64,000 bases of DNA from Macrostomum lignano (lineage: Eukaryota): positions 8,796 through 72,795 of the forward strand of contig NIVC01003871.1 in NCBI GenBank assembly GCA_002269645.1, given 5' to 3'. The position numbers were made by a program, and so were the translations under genes. Positions 31,999-54,899 of the stretch are shown piece by piece (the stretch's first letter is position 1; every line of letters begins with the position of its first letter). The notes under the pieces are model-generated. The model was not told the origin of the DNA and searched no databases. It saw only the letters and a list, made by a program, of their open reading frames with translations.

Positions 31999-32424
31999 CT
32001 AACCCCCTCATTGGACAAGCCCCGCACTATTATTTTACATTTGATATCTTGAAAGGCATTCCGTTTTTGAACTGAATCTGGCCCATTGCCAAGTCATGAA
32101 TGTCTGTCTGTGTGGTGGCGGTACTGACCGGCTTTAAGTAATCGTTATTTTTATGGGTACGTTAGACTGCTGCTGTAGCTTACATGCTTAGTTTCTAGGG
32201 TGCCGTGCAATTGACTGCTGACTGGCTTTGGATTAACCAACTTCGTACGTATTTGAAGCAGCTGCTTTATACAGTGTTAGACAGTGAAAGGAATTGCAGA
32301 TGGTGGCCGTCGTCTGATTCTCACGCCAACCTTAACTGGACTCGATTCAGTAGTGCCACGGCCGCACACTTTGAATGGACCGCAGTGTACGGAATCCGGA
32401 TGTTTGTTTGCTTGGTCTGGTACC

Positions 32425-33377
32425 TTCACACACATTCACATACATGTTCATGCACACATTCACATACACATTCACATACACATTCACATACACATTCATG
32501 CACACATTCACATACACATTCATGTACACATTCACATACAAATTTATGCACACATTCACATACACATTCATGCACACATTCACATACACATTCACACACA
32601 CATTCATTCACAAATTCACATACACATTCACATACACATTCACATACACATTCATGCACACATTCACATACACATTCACACACACATTCACATACACATT
32701 CACATACACATTCACATACACATTCATGCACACATTCACATACACATTCACACACATTCACATACACATTCACATACACATTCACATACACATTCACATA
32801 CACATTCATGCACACATTCACATACACATTCATGTACACATTCACATACACATCCATGCACACATTCACATACACATTCATGCACACATTCACATACACA
32901 TTCATGCACACATTCACATACACATTCATGCACACATTCACATACACATTCATGCACACATTCACATACACATTCATGCACACATTCACATACACATTCA
33001 CACACACACATTCATTCACAAATTCACATACACATTCATGCACACATTCACATACACATTCACACACACATTCACATACATGTTCATGCACACATTCACA
33101 TACACATTCACATACACATTCACATACACATTCATGCACACATTCACATACACATTCATGTACACATTCACATACACATTCACACACACATTCACATACA
33201 TGTTCATGCACACATTCACATACACATTCACAAACACATTCACATACACATTCATGCACACATTCACATACACATTCATGCACACATTCACATACACATT
33301 CACACACACATTCACACACAAGTTCACATACACATTCACACACAAATTCACATACACATTCATACACACGCACACAC
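32425..33377. repeat. 12-bp-based repeat (CACATTCACATA/CACATTCATGCA)n
   Basis: Direct periodicity; source of the His-rich ORF artefacts. Confidence 0.95.
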
Positions 33378-33460
33378 CGTATTGCAGTCCTTGGCATGCC
33401 ACCAGTCGACTATCGCTTTGATTTTCCCGAATCCAACCTGCTAAATAATAACTATTAATA

Positions 33461-33897
33461 CTGAGGTGAACCAAAAGTCCGTGCGCTTTTTGTATGCACA
33501 TTTTTAGGCGCTTATTATTTCTCTCATGAACAACATACATAATCAAGTGACGTCTCATTCGAAAGAGCATATTTTGCCGAACCAAACCACGCATGTTTTA
33601 ATTCTGGTAAATATTTCCAGCCACTGTCAGCTCTACTGAAATGAGTGCTACCAGTCGCGATAATCTCGCTATTCTGCGACATTACTGGAAGCTCGGCTTC
33701 ACAGCAACGGACGCAGCTCAAAAGATTCGCGAAACTGAAGGGCAGGATGCCCTTCAGGACAGAACAGCACAGAAGTGGTACCAGCGCTTTTCGAGTGGCG
33801 ACACGAGCCTCGAAGTTCGGCCACGTTCTGGTCGACCTACCGACCTATTCTGTCTATTTTAAGTCAGAAAAACGCACGAACTTTTGGTTCACCCTAA
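33461..33897 (+). mobile_element. Internally deleted mariner element (437 bp) retaining the N-terminal HTH ORF 33641/33653..33862
   Basis: About 30-bp TIRs (CTGAGGTGAACCAAAAGTCCGTGCGCTTTTT; right end reads TTAGGGTGAACCAAAAGTTCGTGCGTTTTT on the minus strand) flanked by TA. ORF RHYWKLGFTATDAAQKIRETEGQDALQDRTAQKWYQRFSSGDTSLEVRPRSGRP is a mariner HTH plus RSGRP linker. Confidence 0.9.
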
Positions 33898-34342
33898 TAA
33901 TAAGTCGCAGTTATAGAATCAGTCCACTGCCAGCTTATTGTTCTCTATTCGCTGGCTCCAAGAGACCGCCAGATGAGTCAGACAGCTAAACTTAGGTCTT
34001 GAATCATGACAAGGAGGGCTGGGCTACAGCTAGCTGATCTGCTGTAACAGGCTGGGCTTTTGTCTGGCCGCAGCAACGCAGCTGTGGTGATTTAGGCTGA
34101 CGACTCTCTGGGCGGGACCTCTAGAGGGCGCAGCTACTAAATCCCTTGTCCACCTGTTAATACTGTAAACAGAGCTAGCGCTAGAGGCCACAGCTTTGTC
34201 TTATGCGGTCCGCTCAGCCAAGAAGACCCAGAACCAGAACCTGGAGCAGCCATTCGTCCCAGCAGCTCCATTTTCTGTCTGACTGCAGTTGTTCAGTTTA
34301 AAAACACAAAAACACGAATTTCTGAGTCATTATTTGGTTACC

Positions 34343-34670
34343 GGGGGTTGTAGCCTAATGGTTAGAACGTCGAACTCACGACAGAAAGGTCGGGGGTTCG
34401 ATTCTCGCCCCACTCGGAACAGTTTGTGTCCTTGAGCACGACACTTAACTCTGCATTGCTTCAGCTCACTCAGTTGTAAAATGGGCACCAGCATTAGCTG
34501 GGGTAATTGAGGCTGTGTGTGTGCATGGCGACCCCGGCCAGTCCTTGGACTGAACAGCCGTACGCAGCCTTCAGATGCTCCGCGCAATAGCTGCGGCTGA
34601 GCTGTCGGTTGCACATCTGGCCATTGGGGCAGGTGTAATCAATTATGATTATAATTATGATTATTATTAT
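34343..34670 (+). mobile_element. tRNA-derived SINE, copy 1
   Basis: A box TAGCCTAATGG, B box GGTTCGATTC, body GTGTCCTTGAGCACGACACTTAAC, (ATT)n-type tail; reverse-complement copy at 58621-58920. Confidence 0.85.
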
Positions 34671-35182
34671 TGGTTAAACCTCAATTAAAGCCTCAAAAGT
34701 TTTGAATTAGTTAAACTTCGCTCTAGAATACGGTTAATTTTTCAACATTAAAATGACACCCAGTTTTACCTTGCTAAGCTTGCATGGTGTCTAAAAATAG
34801 GGTTGGGGGTTGGGGAAGAGTTTCCCACTCCAGATTCTCGTTCAAGACTTTCTTGGCTGAGCCTCTTTGTGTTTCTTCTGGGGGGCGCCAGCACCGGGTA
34901 AAAACAGCTATGGAAAATTAGGGGGGGGGGTCCAGACCTCTACGGTTTTCCTTATCGTATTGTGAAGGCATTTGCGCTTGGTTCTGCAGTGCTAGGCGGG
35001 GCGGCATGAGGTCAGTCGCACTCTCCATAATTGTCTGTTTGAGCAGAGCTGGAGTCATGGCCCCCCGGGCCTAGCCTAATAGGATTATTTATGGCATTAG
35101 TGAGTTGTTTCGCTAGAGTGACTCCAGCAAATTGAGCATTTTGGAATCGCCTGTAATTGTCTTATACTGACTCGAATGCACC

Positions 35183-35680
35183 CCTGAGCAGCTCCTCTGA
35201 ATCCCTCTGAGCAGCTCCCCCTGAGCAGCTTTCCCTGAGCAAGTTCCCCCTGAGCAGCTCCCCCTGAGCAGCTCCCCGTTGAGCAGCTCCCCCTGAGCAG
35301 CTCCCCCTGAGCGGCTCACCCTCAGCAGCCTCCCCGTTGAGCAGCTCCCCCTGAGCAGCCCCCCCCCCCCCTGAGCAGCGCCCCCTGAGCAGCCCCCCCC
35401 TGAGCAGCTCCCCCTGAGCAGCCCCCCCCCTGAGCAGCGCCCCCTGAGCAGCGCCCCCTGAGCAGCCCCCCTGAGCAGCGCCCCCTGAGCAGCCCCCCCT
35501 GAGCAGCGCCCCCTGAGCAGCCCCCCTGAGCAGCTCCCCCTGAGCAGCCCCCTGAGCAGCGCCCCCTGAGCAGCGCCCCCTGAGCAGCCCCTCCCCTGAG
35601 CAGCTCCCCTGAGCAGCTCCCCCTGAGCAGCTCCCCCTGAGCAGCCCCCCCCCTGAGCAGCGCCCCCTGAGCAGCGCCCC
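35183..35680. repeat. About 14-bp GC-rich minisatellite (CTGAGCAGC(T/G)CCCC)n
   Basis: Direct periodicity with variable C-run length. Confidence 0.93.
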
Positions 35681-36137
35681 AGATCTGAACAGTCCAACAT
35701 GGGTTGCAGTATGGTGCTTTTACGATTTCTTTAAATTGAAGTTGACTCAAGGACTCTGTGACTCAGTCTATATAAATAGAAAACCCCCAGCCATGAAGGT
35801 CCCGTATTCAATTCGTGCTTGCACTTCAGCTGTCATAGCTTAATAGTGCCAACATTCGTAGGAGTAACTACTGAGCTTTTGTCAATTGTGAGCCAGGTTT
35901 CAGCTTCTAGCTGTCACAGCTCTTATTGGTTTGGGCGTGGAGCAGCCAATGGGTGCAGTTTGTCTGGTTTCAGTATAGCGGTACCTTAGTTTTAGACTGT
36001 GCAAGTAGTTAAGAAATAGAGACAATTGATCTTTTACTGTTGAGTTGATTTTACTGTTGGGTCAAATTTTCCTGAAGTTCTGGTAAGAATATTTCAAGGC
36101 ATTTCGTTAGGTGAGTTCTATCTTGATTTTTAATGTA

Positions 36138-38345
36138 TAGCTCTTGTGCGACTGTAGCTCTTGTGCGACTGTAGCTCTTGTGCGACTGTAGCTCTTGTGC
36201 GACTGTAGCTCTTGTGCGACTGTAGCTCTTGTGCGACTGTAGCTCTTGTGCGACTGTAGCTCTTGTGCGACTGTAGCTCTTGTGCGACTTAGCTCTTGTG
36301 CGACTGTAGCTCTTGTGCGACTGTAGCTCTTGTGCGACTGTAGCTCTTGTGCGACTGTAGCTCTTGTGTGACACTGTAGCTCTTGTGTGACTGTATCTCT
36401 TGTGTGACACTGTAGCTCTTGTGCGACTGTAGCTCTTGTGCGACTGTAGCTCTTGTGCGACTGTAGCTCTTGTGCGACTGTAGCTCTTGTGCGACTGTAT
36501 CTCTTGTGTGACACTGTAGCTCTTGTGTGACACTGTAGCTCTTGTGTGACTGTATCTCTTGTGTGACACTGTAGCTCTTGTGCGACTGTAGCTCTTGTGC
36601 GACTGTAGCTCTTGTGCGACTGTAGCTCTTGTGCGACTGTAGCTCTTGTGCGACTGTATCTCTTGTGTGACACTGTAGCTCTTGTGTGACACTGTAGCTC
36701 TTGTGTGACTGTATCTCTTGTGTGACACTGTAGCTCTTGTGTGACACTGTATCTCTTGTGTGACACTGTAGCTCTTGTGAGACACTGTAGCTCTTGTGTG
36801 ACTGTATCTCTTGTGTGACACTGTAGCTCTTGTGTGACTGTATCTCTTGTGTGACACTGTAGCTCTTGTGAGACACTGTAGCTCTTGTGTGACACTGTAG
36901 CTCTTGTGCGACTGTATCTCTTGTGTGACACTGTAGCTCTTGTGTGACACTGTATCTCTTGTGTGACACTGTAGCTCTTGTGAGACACTGTAGCTCTTGT
37001 GTGACTGTATCTCTTGTGTGACACTGTAGCTCTTGTGTGACTGTATCTCTTGTGTAACACTGTATCTCTTGTGTGACACTGTAGCTCTTGTGTGACACTG
37101 TATCTCTTGTGTGACACTGTAGCTCTTGTGAGACACTGTAGCTCTTGTGTGACTGTATCTCTTGTGTGACACTGTAGCTCTTGTGTGACTGTATCTCTTG
37201 TGTGACACTGTAGCTCTTGTGTGACACTGTAGCTCTTGTGTGACACTGTAGCTCTTGTGCGACTGTATCTCTTGTGTGACACTGTAGCTCTTGTGTGACT
37301 GTATCTCTTGTGTGACACTGTAGCTCTTGTGAGACACTGTAGCTCTTGTGTGACTGTATCTCTTGTGTGACACTGTAGCTCTTGTGCGACTGTAGCTTTT
37401 GTGCGACTGTAGCTCTTGTGAGACACTGTAGCTCTTGTGTGACACTGTAGCTCTTGTGTGACACTGTAGCTCTTGTGCGACTGTAGCTCTTGTGCGACTG
37501 TAGCTCTTGTGAGACACTGTAGCTCTTGTGTGACACTGTAGCTCTTGTGTGACACTGTAGCTCTTGTGCGACTGTAGCTCTTGTGCGACTGTATCTCTTG
37601 TGTGACACTGTAGCTCTTGTGTGACACTGTAGCTCTTGTGCGACACTGTAGCTCTTGTGTGACACTGTAGCTCTTGTGTGACACTGTAGCTCTTGTGTGA
37701 CACTGTAGCTCTTGTGCGACTGTAGCTCTTGTGCGACTGTATCTCTTGTGTGACACTGTATCTCTTGTGTGACACTGTAGCTCTTGTGAGACACTGTAGC
37801 TCTTGTGAGACACTGTAGCTCTTGTGTGACTGTATCTCTTGTGTGACACTGTAGCTCTTGTGTGACACTGTATCTCTTGTGTGACACTGTAGCTCTTGTG
37901 AGACACTGTAGCTCTTGTGTGACTGTATCTCTTGTGTGACACCGTAGCTCTTGTGCGACTGTAGCTCTTGTGCGACTGTAGCTTTTGTGTGACACTGTAT
38001 CTCTTGTGTGACACTGTAGCTCTTGTGCGACTGGATCTCTTGTGTAACACTGTATCTCTTGTGTGACTGGATCTCTTGTGTAACACTGTATCTCTTGTGT
38101 GACACTGTAGCTCTTGTGCGACTGTATCTCTTGTGTGACACCGTAGCTCTTGTGTGACACTGTAGCTCTTGTGAGACACTGTAGCTCTTGTGTGACACTG
38201 TATCTCTTGTGTGACACTGAAGCTCTTGTGTGACATTGTAGCTCTTGTGTGACATTGTAGCTCTTGTATGACTGTAGCTCTTGTGTGACTGTAGCTCTTG
38301 TGTGACTGTAGCTTTTGTGTGACATTGTAGCTCTTGTGACATTGT
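36138..38345. repeat. 17/19-bp satellite (TAGCTCTTGTGCGACTG / TAGCTCTTGTGTGACACTG), about 2.2 kb
   Basis: Mixed 17- and 19-bp units; the three 680-770 aa minus-strand ORFs are artefacts. Confidence 0.97.
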
Positions 38346-38871
38346 TGATATGTTGATAAACAATGAGGAATTAAGATTGTCTGTACTTTTAAGCCCGCCT
38401 TCAACACGAGTTATCAGTCAGTTTCCAACCAATTAATCCAACCCAGAAGCGAATGCTAATTGAACATCAACTTTATAAGGGCTCCTCCATTCGCCTTATG
38501 TAAGGCAAAAGTCCTTTTTGAAATGAAATTATATTCCCGAGATGGAAAGTTCGCACTTGTATCTATTCGTATATAGCTTTCTATTCGATACTAATAAGGT
38601 CTTAGGTGCACAAATAAAAGTAGTAAATAGTGCCAATTTAATGCTAGAGAAAAACAAAACATCCTTTGTTCGCCGACACCCTCTAATCACTGGCGGTCCT
38701 TTAGAGAGCTACAATGTCTCATCAGATAAGAAAATGATGTTGAAGGTTTCGAAGTTTTTTATATTGAGACTCAGCAGCTTAGCGAGTATGGTAAAGGTTT
38801 AGGATTCTTGCTAGAGTTCAATGTTGTGCCTTCTACGTACAGCACCACCTCGCCACAGGTCTACGAGTGGA

Positions 38872-47822
<8,951 letters not shown>

Positions 47823-47894
47823 AGATTGACCTTTGACCTTTGACTTTTAAAGACATTTAAGTGGCTTCCTCTAAGACAGAGAATTGCTAGTGAG

Positions 47895-48145
47895 GGGGCG
47901 AAAGTCTCAAGCTGGGAGTCTCTAGTGAGGAGCGAGAGTCTCATGCTGGGAGTCTCTAGTGAGGAGCGAGAGTCTCATGCTAAGAGTCTCTAGTGAGGAG
48001 TGAGAGTCTCATGCTTGGAGTCTCTAGTGAGGAGCGAGAGTCTCATGCTTGGAGTCTCTAGTGAGGAGCGAGAGTCTCATGCGGGGAGTCTCTAGTCAGG
48101 GAGCGAGGGTCTCATGCTGGGAGTCTCTAGTCAGAGAGCGAGAGC
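47895..48145. repeat. 34-bp minisatellite (AGTCTCTAGTGAGGAGCGAGAGTCTCATGCTGGG), about 7 units
   Basis: Direct periodicity, 3' of the protocadherin stop codon. Confidence 0.92.
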
Positions 48146-48474
48146 GAGAGAGCTTGCTGTTGAGTTGTCCCACTCAGATGGTACATGCTTCCAGCATGTG
48201 TACTTCACTGAATTGACTTCGTTGTCAAGTATTTTAATCCTGTAAACATTTGTAAATTGTTTATTCCGTATCATTTTTAAAGTCGGGTTCAAAATTTTCT
48301 TTATACAGCAGCATCGATTAAAACAGCAGCGAAAGCATGTGCCTTCTTCCAATTATTGTGTAAAAATTCACTAATCAGTTAAACTGTGAACGGTACTTTA
48401 CCACATGGAAAATACATATTTGCCTAGCTCTTGCTCTAGATATTTGTATTCAATTGATTCAAGACAGCAGGAAA

Positions 48475-49131
<657 letters not shown>

Positions 49132-49444
49132 CTAATACCGTCATTCATATCTCGTCAGGTAAAAAAGCTTATGACTAAATTTCATATGGCTATTGCTGCA
49201 GTTACTTCTGTCTCGTAGTGTTTCGTTCTGGTCTTATCCATTTGGTTTCATATGCGCTCGTCGTATTTTCACCCCACTGTTAAAAAGGCGATCAGAAACC
49301 CTCTTTCCCGTAATATACCGGAGCTTCTGTCAGAACTCCCAGAGGGTCGTCATGCCAGTTTCGGTTCACCAGATTTCCAAATTAACGTTAGTATCGGTTT
49401 TAGTTACTGCTTCAACTATTTCTGCAGTTGTAACAGAATTATAG

Positions 49445-51420
49445 AGTGGAATAAAATAGATGTGAGATGGAGAGGGGAGAGGAGAGATGGAGTGAGGAGA
49501 GAAGGAGAGAGGTAAGAATTAGAGAGGATTAGAGATGGTGAGGAGAGAGTTGAGATGGATAGATTTGTGATGAATAGAGATGGAGAGAGGTGAGAATGAT
49601 AGAGGTGAGATGGATATAGGTGAGATGGATATAGGTGAGATGGAGAGAGGTGAGATGGATATAGGTGAGATGGATGGAGGTGAGATGGATTTAGGTGAGA
49701 TGGAGAGAGGTGAGATGGATAGAGGTGAGATGGATATAGGTGAGATGGATATAGGTGAGATGGATATAGGTGAGATGGATAGAGGTGAGATGGATATAGG
49801 TGAGATGGAGAGAGGTGAGATGGAGAGAGGTGAGATGGAGAGAGGTGAGATGAAGAGAGGTGAGATGGAGAGAGGTGAGATGGAGAGAGGTGAGATGGAG
49901 AGAGGTGAGATGGATAGAGGTGAGATGGATATAGGTGAGATGGATAGAGATGAGATGGATATAGGTGAGATGGATAGAGGTGAGATGGAGAGAGGTGAGA
50001 TGGATATAGGTGAGATGGAGAGAGGTGAGATGGAGAGAGGTGAGATGGAGAGAGGTGAGATGGATAGAGGTCAGATGGAGAGAGGTGAGATGGAGAGAGG
50101 TGAGATGGAGAGAGGTGAGATGGATATAGGTGAGATGGAGAGAGGTGAGATGGAGAGAGGTGAGATGGAGAGAGGTGAGATGGAGAGAGGTGAGATGGAG
50201 AGAGGTGAGATGGATATAGGTGAGATGGAGAGAGGTGAGATGGAGAGAGGTGAGATGGAGAGAGGTGAGATGGAGAGAGGTGAGAAGTAGAGAGGTCAGA
50301 TGGATATAGGTGAGATGGAGAGAGGTGAGATGGAGAGAGGTGAGATGGATAGAGGTGAGATGGATATAGGTGAGATGGATAGAGATGAGATGGATATAGG
50401 TGAGATGGATAGAGGTGAGATGGAGAGAGGTGAGATGGATAGAGATGAGATGGAGAGAGGTGAGATGGAGAGAGGTGAGATGGAGAGAGGTGAGATGGAG
50501 AGAGGTGAGATGGAGAGAGGTGAGATGGAGAGAGGTGAGATGGAGAGAGGTGAGATGGATAGAGGTGAGATGGATATAGGTGAGATGGATAGAGGTGAGA
50601 TGGAGAGAGGTGAGATGGAGAGAGGTGAGATGGAGAGAGGTGAGATGGATAGAGGTCAGATGGAGAGAGGTGAGATGGAGAGAGGTGAGATGGAGAGAGG
50701 TGAGATGGATAGAGGTCAGATGGAGAGAGGTGAGATGGATGGAGGTGAGATGGATAGAGGTCAGATGGAGAGAGGTGAGATGGAGAGAGGTGAGATGGAG
50801 AGAGGTGAGATGGAGAGAGGTGAGATGGAGAGAGGTGAGATGGAGAGAGGTGAGATGGAGAGAGGTGAGATGGAGAGAGGTGAGATGGATAGAGGTGAGA
50901 TGGATAGAGGTGAGATGGATATAGGTGAGATGGATAGAGGTGAGATGGAGAGAGGTGAGATGGAGAGAGGTGAGATGGAGAGAGGTGAGATGGATAGAGG
51001 TCAGATGGAGAGAGGTGAGATGGATGGAGGTGAGATGGATAGAGGTCAGATGGAGAGAGGTGAGATGGAGAGAGGTGAGATGGAGAGAGGTGAGATGGAG
51101 AGAGGTGAGATGGAGAGAGGTGAGATGGAGAGAGGTGAGATGGATAGAGGTCAGATGGAGAGAGGTGAGATGGATGGAGGTGAGATGGATAGAGGTCAGA
51201 TGGAGAGAGGTGAGATGGAGAGAGGTGAGATGGAGAGAGGTGAGATGGAGAGAGGTGAGATGGAGATAGATGAGAGAGAGGTGAGAAGAAGAGAGGTGAG
51301 ATGGATAGAGGTAAGATGGAGAGATGTGAGATGGAGAGAGGTGAGATGGATAGAGGTGAGATGGAGAGAGGTGAGATGGATATAGATGAGAGACAGGGGT
51401 GAGAGGTAGAGGGGTGAGAA
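49445..51420. repeat. 15-bp purine-rich satellite (GGTGAGATGGAGAGA)n, about 2 kb
   Basis: Direct periodicity; a short related array with the same 3' flank lies at 45470-45700. Confidence 0.97.
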
Positions 51421-53876
51421 AGAGAGGCGTGACTGAGACAGATGTGAAGGAGGGAGGTATCAGAAGATAGAGAGCTATAAAATGGAGAAAGCAACTTAAA
51501 TGACCTGGGCATGAGAAGGGCAACGCGGGGGCAGCAAAAATCCGTGAGATAAGAGAGGAGAAGTAATCGAGAAACCCGACATGATAAGAGCACTCGTTAA
51601 TCTTGGATCTATAGATCTCTTCACAAGCCAAGAGACCCTGTCTTTAAAAAACGTTGAGCTTAACTGCTTGACCGAAACCTATCTTTTTTTAACTCATTAA
51701 AGAGACTTGAAAAAGACCTTGGCAACAGCGTACTGTAGAGCCCTCAGCTGCTCAGCCACCCAGCTCGGCTTTAACGAGCAGCCAGCTTCATCTCTTTGTC
51801 GCAGCAGCTGTAGCTCCGAGAATGCAATCGGTTGACGAGTTCAATGACGGATAGCCTGTCAGTCTGCTTTGGGGATCAAAAGTAAGCATTTTAAAAAATA
51901 TTCCTCCATCAAACCGAAAGCTACCGGCACAATAACATCCCCTATTCTCCCGCGCAAATAACTCCCCAAATCCCGCCTTCCCCATTCACCTCATCCCCAG
52001 AAACAGGCGGCCAGTTTTGTTATGCCGACTCACGCCCGGCCCTGTCTGCGTGTTTGGCGTCTGCTGCTGCAGCTGAGGTGGGTGATGAGGCATCGCAGCC
52101 TCTCTCTTCTCCCTCTCCCCGATTCCATCTCTTCCGTCTGCAGCAGCGGCAGCACTCACAGGTTTCTGTTCGGTAGCTTTACTGCCCCTGGCTCCGCTAG
52201 GAGAGACATGTAAAAAAGGACATGGATCCGCGGATGGCGGAGGGCATTGTTTCACTTGCTTGGTTAGTTGGGCTGGGTGGATGCTCTGCCATTGGCCCAG
52301 CCGCCGTGCAGCCTCTGAGCCCCGGTCTCAGACTCCCCTCGTTTTGTCCCATTCTCAACCTTTCCTCTCTCTATTAAATTGACTGTTCCTGAGCTCGCGC
52401 CCCCAGGCACTGCCATTCACAGACTTAGCAGTTTAGCTGTATCGGTGTTAAGTGGCAACTCGGGTTACACTGCTGTCTCAAAAGACGTCCTACATCGGAC
52501 AACCAGCAGGTAAGACTAGAAAAGTGCCGTTACCTTAATTATTGAGACTTTATAGGCTAGAGAGCTATGTAGTAGTTACATGTATATGAGAGATTTTTGG
52601 TGCCTCCTAAGTCTGTCAGTCAGCTGCCCTCAGGCATTCTGGCCATCAGGTCAATATTACCTATCTAACTCGCTCACCTTTACAAGAAACTTGGACCCAC
52701 GTTTTGGCTCTCAAGCAGAAAGTCACTGCTGCTGCGGCTGCTGCTCCCTGCAGCCAATAATTGATTGCTCTGAATTGATTCGCGAAGGGAAAACACGATG
52801 AGGCAGAGTGATGCTGAATAAGAGCTAAAACAGCTAGCCAGACTCCCCGCAAAGTTTAAGTTCAAGTGCACTTACAAGTTCGCCAAGAAAGTTTTGGAAA
52901 AAAATGTGAGCTCCCCTCAATAAAAACACAGACACCTGCTTCATCTGCAATCTGGAAGGCCTCGTGTCCTATAGAAGCTGGATTCCACCAACAGACCACC
53001 TGAAAGGCATGCGCTCAAGAAGTTGGTACCACCCTGTCAGTGTGACCCACCAGGTATTTGAGGATTCTAGGCCTAATGAACGTGTTCAGTGCTAGGGTGA
53101 CTGGTTCTCAACCTGAAGCAACAAACAGCAGCACTCTGTGTTTGCCTCTCGCCGGCAAGGCCCCCATGTTCGACAGTGTACACATTGACACAAGCACGTA
53201 CGCTCTACGTACGCTCGTAGTTTACGTTCTCAAATGAATTTAAGAATGCTTCTAGTGGGTATTTGGTCCTTTAACCGTACGCACAAGGTGTTTCCGCACG
53301 AGTATTGCAGGCCCAGTCACTGCCAATAGAGCAGATTGGGCAGGCAGCTTGTGGCGAGTTTGCTCAGCTGGCAGCATCACTTTTGCCAACAGAATTAACT
53401 TTTGTAATCACTTTTGCAAGAGCGAGATTTCCTGGCTAACTAAGGTAGTGCGTGCACAACTTGCACTGTACGCTAGCGTGAAACCAATGCAAATAACCCG
53501 TTAAATCACCCCGGCAAGAGATTCCCACTGCTCTGAGAGTTAGTTTTGTAAGATCCGGATTTACTGTCGTTACCTCTCGAGTACTCAATCCAGTCGATTA
53601 TCTATCGATTTATGCACTGCGAGACGCCAAACTATTTTTAGCCGCCTACTGACCGTTCAGAGAGCCTCCTGGCCTTATCTAGCTAGCAAGTTGTGTCCGG
53701 GTTTAGCCCGGAAATGCTAGATCGAATGGCATCGTCATGACAACCAATACTGGCTGCGTTGCTGCTTTTCAATTTAGCAAGCTTGTTTGAATTGGAATTT
53801 ACAAGGCTGAAGTTTAGAACCGAAGCAGTTCTGTGTGTCTCTCTACCTGCAGCCTCATCGAGTCAGCGAGCCAGAG

Positions 53877-54899
53877 ATGCGCGAACTCCAATCCAAGCAG
53901 CGTCGAGCCTTCGGCCCCGCTAGCGGTCGAAGCAGCGACGGCGTGGAGGACGCCTCCGGCAGCGACTCCGAGGAGGCCGTCCTAGCTTTCAACGCTGATG
54001 AGGACGACATTGTTACCGAAAATGACGTTGCCGAAGTTTCAGGCGGTGGCGGCGGGGGCGCTGACGCCAAGTCGCGTCGTTCGCTGCTCGAGCGTTGCCG
54101 GTTTGTTCGCTGGCTCTCGAGGAAACTGCTTCGCCGTCAGGCTCGCTCGGCGCGCGGCAGCTTCCGAATCCCGGGAGCCGGCGGCGGCGACAGCGTCAAG
54201 CTGGGAGATGCTGAGGCCGAACAGCTGATGTCGCTGCTGCCATGGATGGTGCCTCGAACGAGGCCTCGACCGCTCCGCGAGCTGGCCGCAAGCTCCGGAC
54301 TGAGCATCCAGCTGCTGCGCAGGCTGTACGCCAAGTTCAAGCAGGAGTGCCCCAATGGCCTGATGCAGCGCGAGAGTTTCCAGGAAATCTGCGGCTACTT
54401 TTTCCCCCTAGGCGAAGCGTCCCTGTACGCCGGTCTGCTGTTCGACAGTTTTCTGGCCCTGCCGCTTGATGACTCGAGACAGCAGTCGCCGCAGCCGGAC
54501 AGGCTCTGCTTCGAGCAGCTCGTGTCCGTGATGAGCCGTCTCAGCCGGGGCTCTCTGCAGGACAAACTTTACTGGCTTTTCGCCCTGTACGATGCCGACA
54601 AGGACGGCCAGATCAGCCGGCGTGACCTGCTGACGGTGGTGACTGGCGTCTACAGCCTCTGCGGCACCGCCTGCCGGCCGGCCGTGCTGCCAAATGTCAC
54701 CGCGGCCGAGGTGTCCGAGCGGCTGTTCCTGCGGATGGACGCTGACCAGGACGGCACGGTCTCTTGGTCGGACTTCTCCGCCTACCTCACCGAGAAGCTG
54801 CAGCCGCTGTCGGACTCGGCGGCCGAGGATGCGGCGGTTTCTCAAACGAATCGGCACCTCAGCTTCCTGGTAGAGATGGACCCGCTGTCGCAGATCTGA
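53877..54899 (+). CDS. KChIP/calsenilin-like neuronal calcium sensor (EF-hand), intronless CDS, about 340 aa
   Basis: LYAKFKQECPNG, FFPLGEAS, RGSLQDKLYWLFALYDADKDGQIS and LFLRMDADQDGTVS align to the KChIP core; GC-rich codon usage. First ATG is at 53877; an acceptor at 53852 may link an upstream exon. Confidence 0.88.
   Translation: MRELQSKQRRAFGPASGRSSDGVEDASGSDSEEAVLAFNADEDDIVTENDVAEVSGGGGGGADAKSRRSLLERCRFVRWLSRKLLRRQARSARGSFRIPGAGGGDSVKLGDAEAEQLMSLLPWMVPRTRPRPLRELAASSGLSIQLLRRLYAKFKQECPNGLMQRESFQEICGYFFPLGEASLYAGLLFDSFLALPLDDSRQQSPQPDRLCFEQLVSVMSRLSRGSLQDKLYWLFALYDADKDGQISRRDLLTVVTGVYSLCGTACRPAVLPNVTAAEVSERLFLRMDADQDGTVSWSDFSAYLTEKLQPLSDSAAEDAAVSQTNRHLSFLVEMDPLSQI

Noticed and set aside
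32205-33458. His/Thr-rich ORFs resembling metal-binding proteins
   Set aside because: Translation of a CACA-type repeat; open in many frames.
36051-38407. Three 680-770 aa minus-strand ORFs
   Set aside because: Frames alternate through a stop-free 17/19-bp satellite, so the same peptides appear in all three frames.
51788-51985. KMLTFDPQSRLT resembling a MAPK/CDK C-lobe motif
   Set aside because: Isolated 12-aa resemblance; no other kinase motifs or compatible splice sites nearby.
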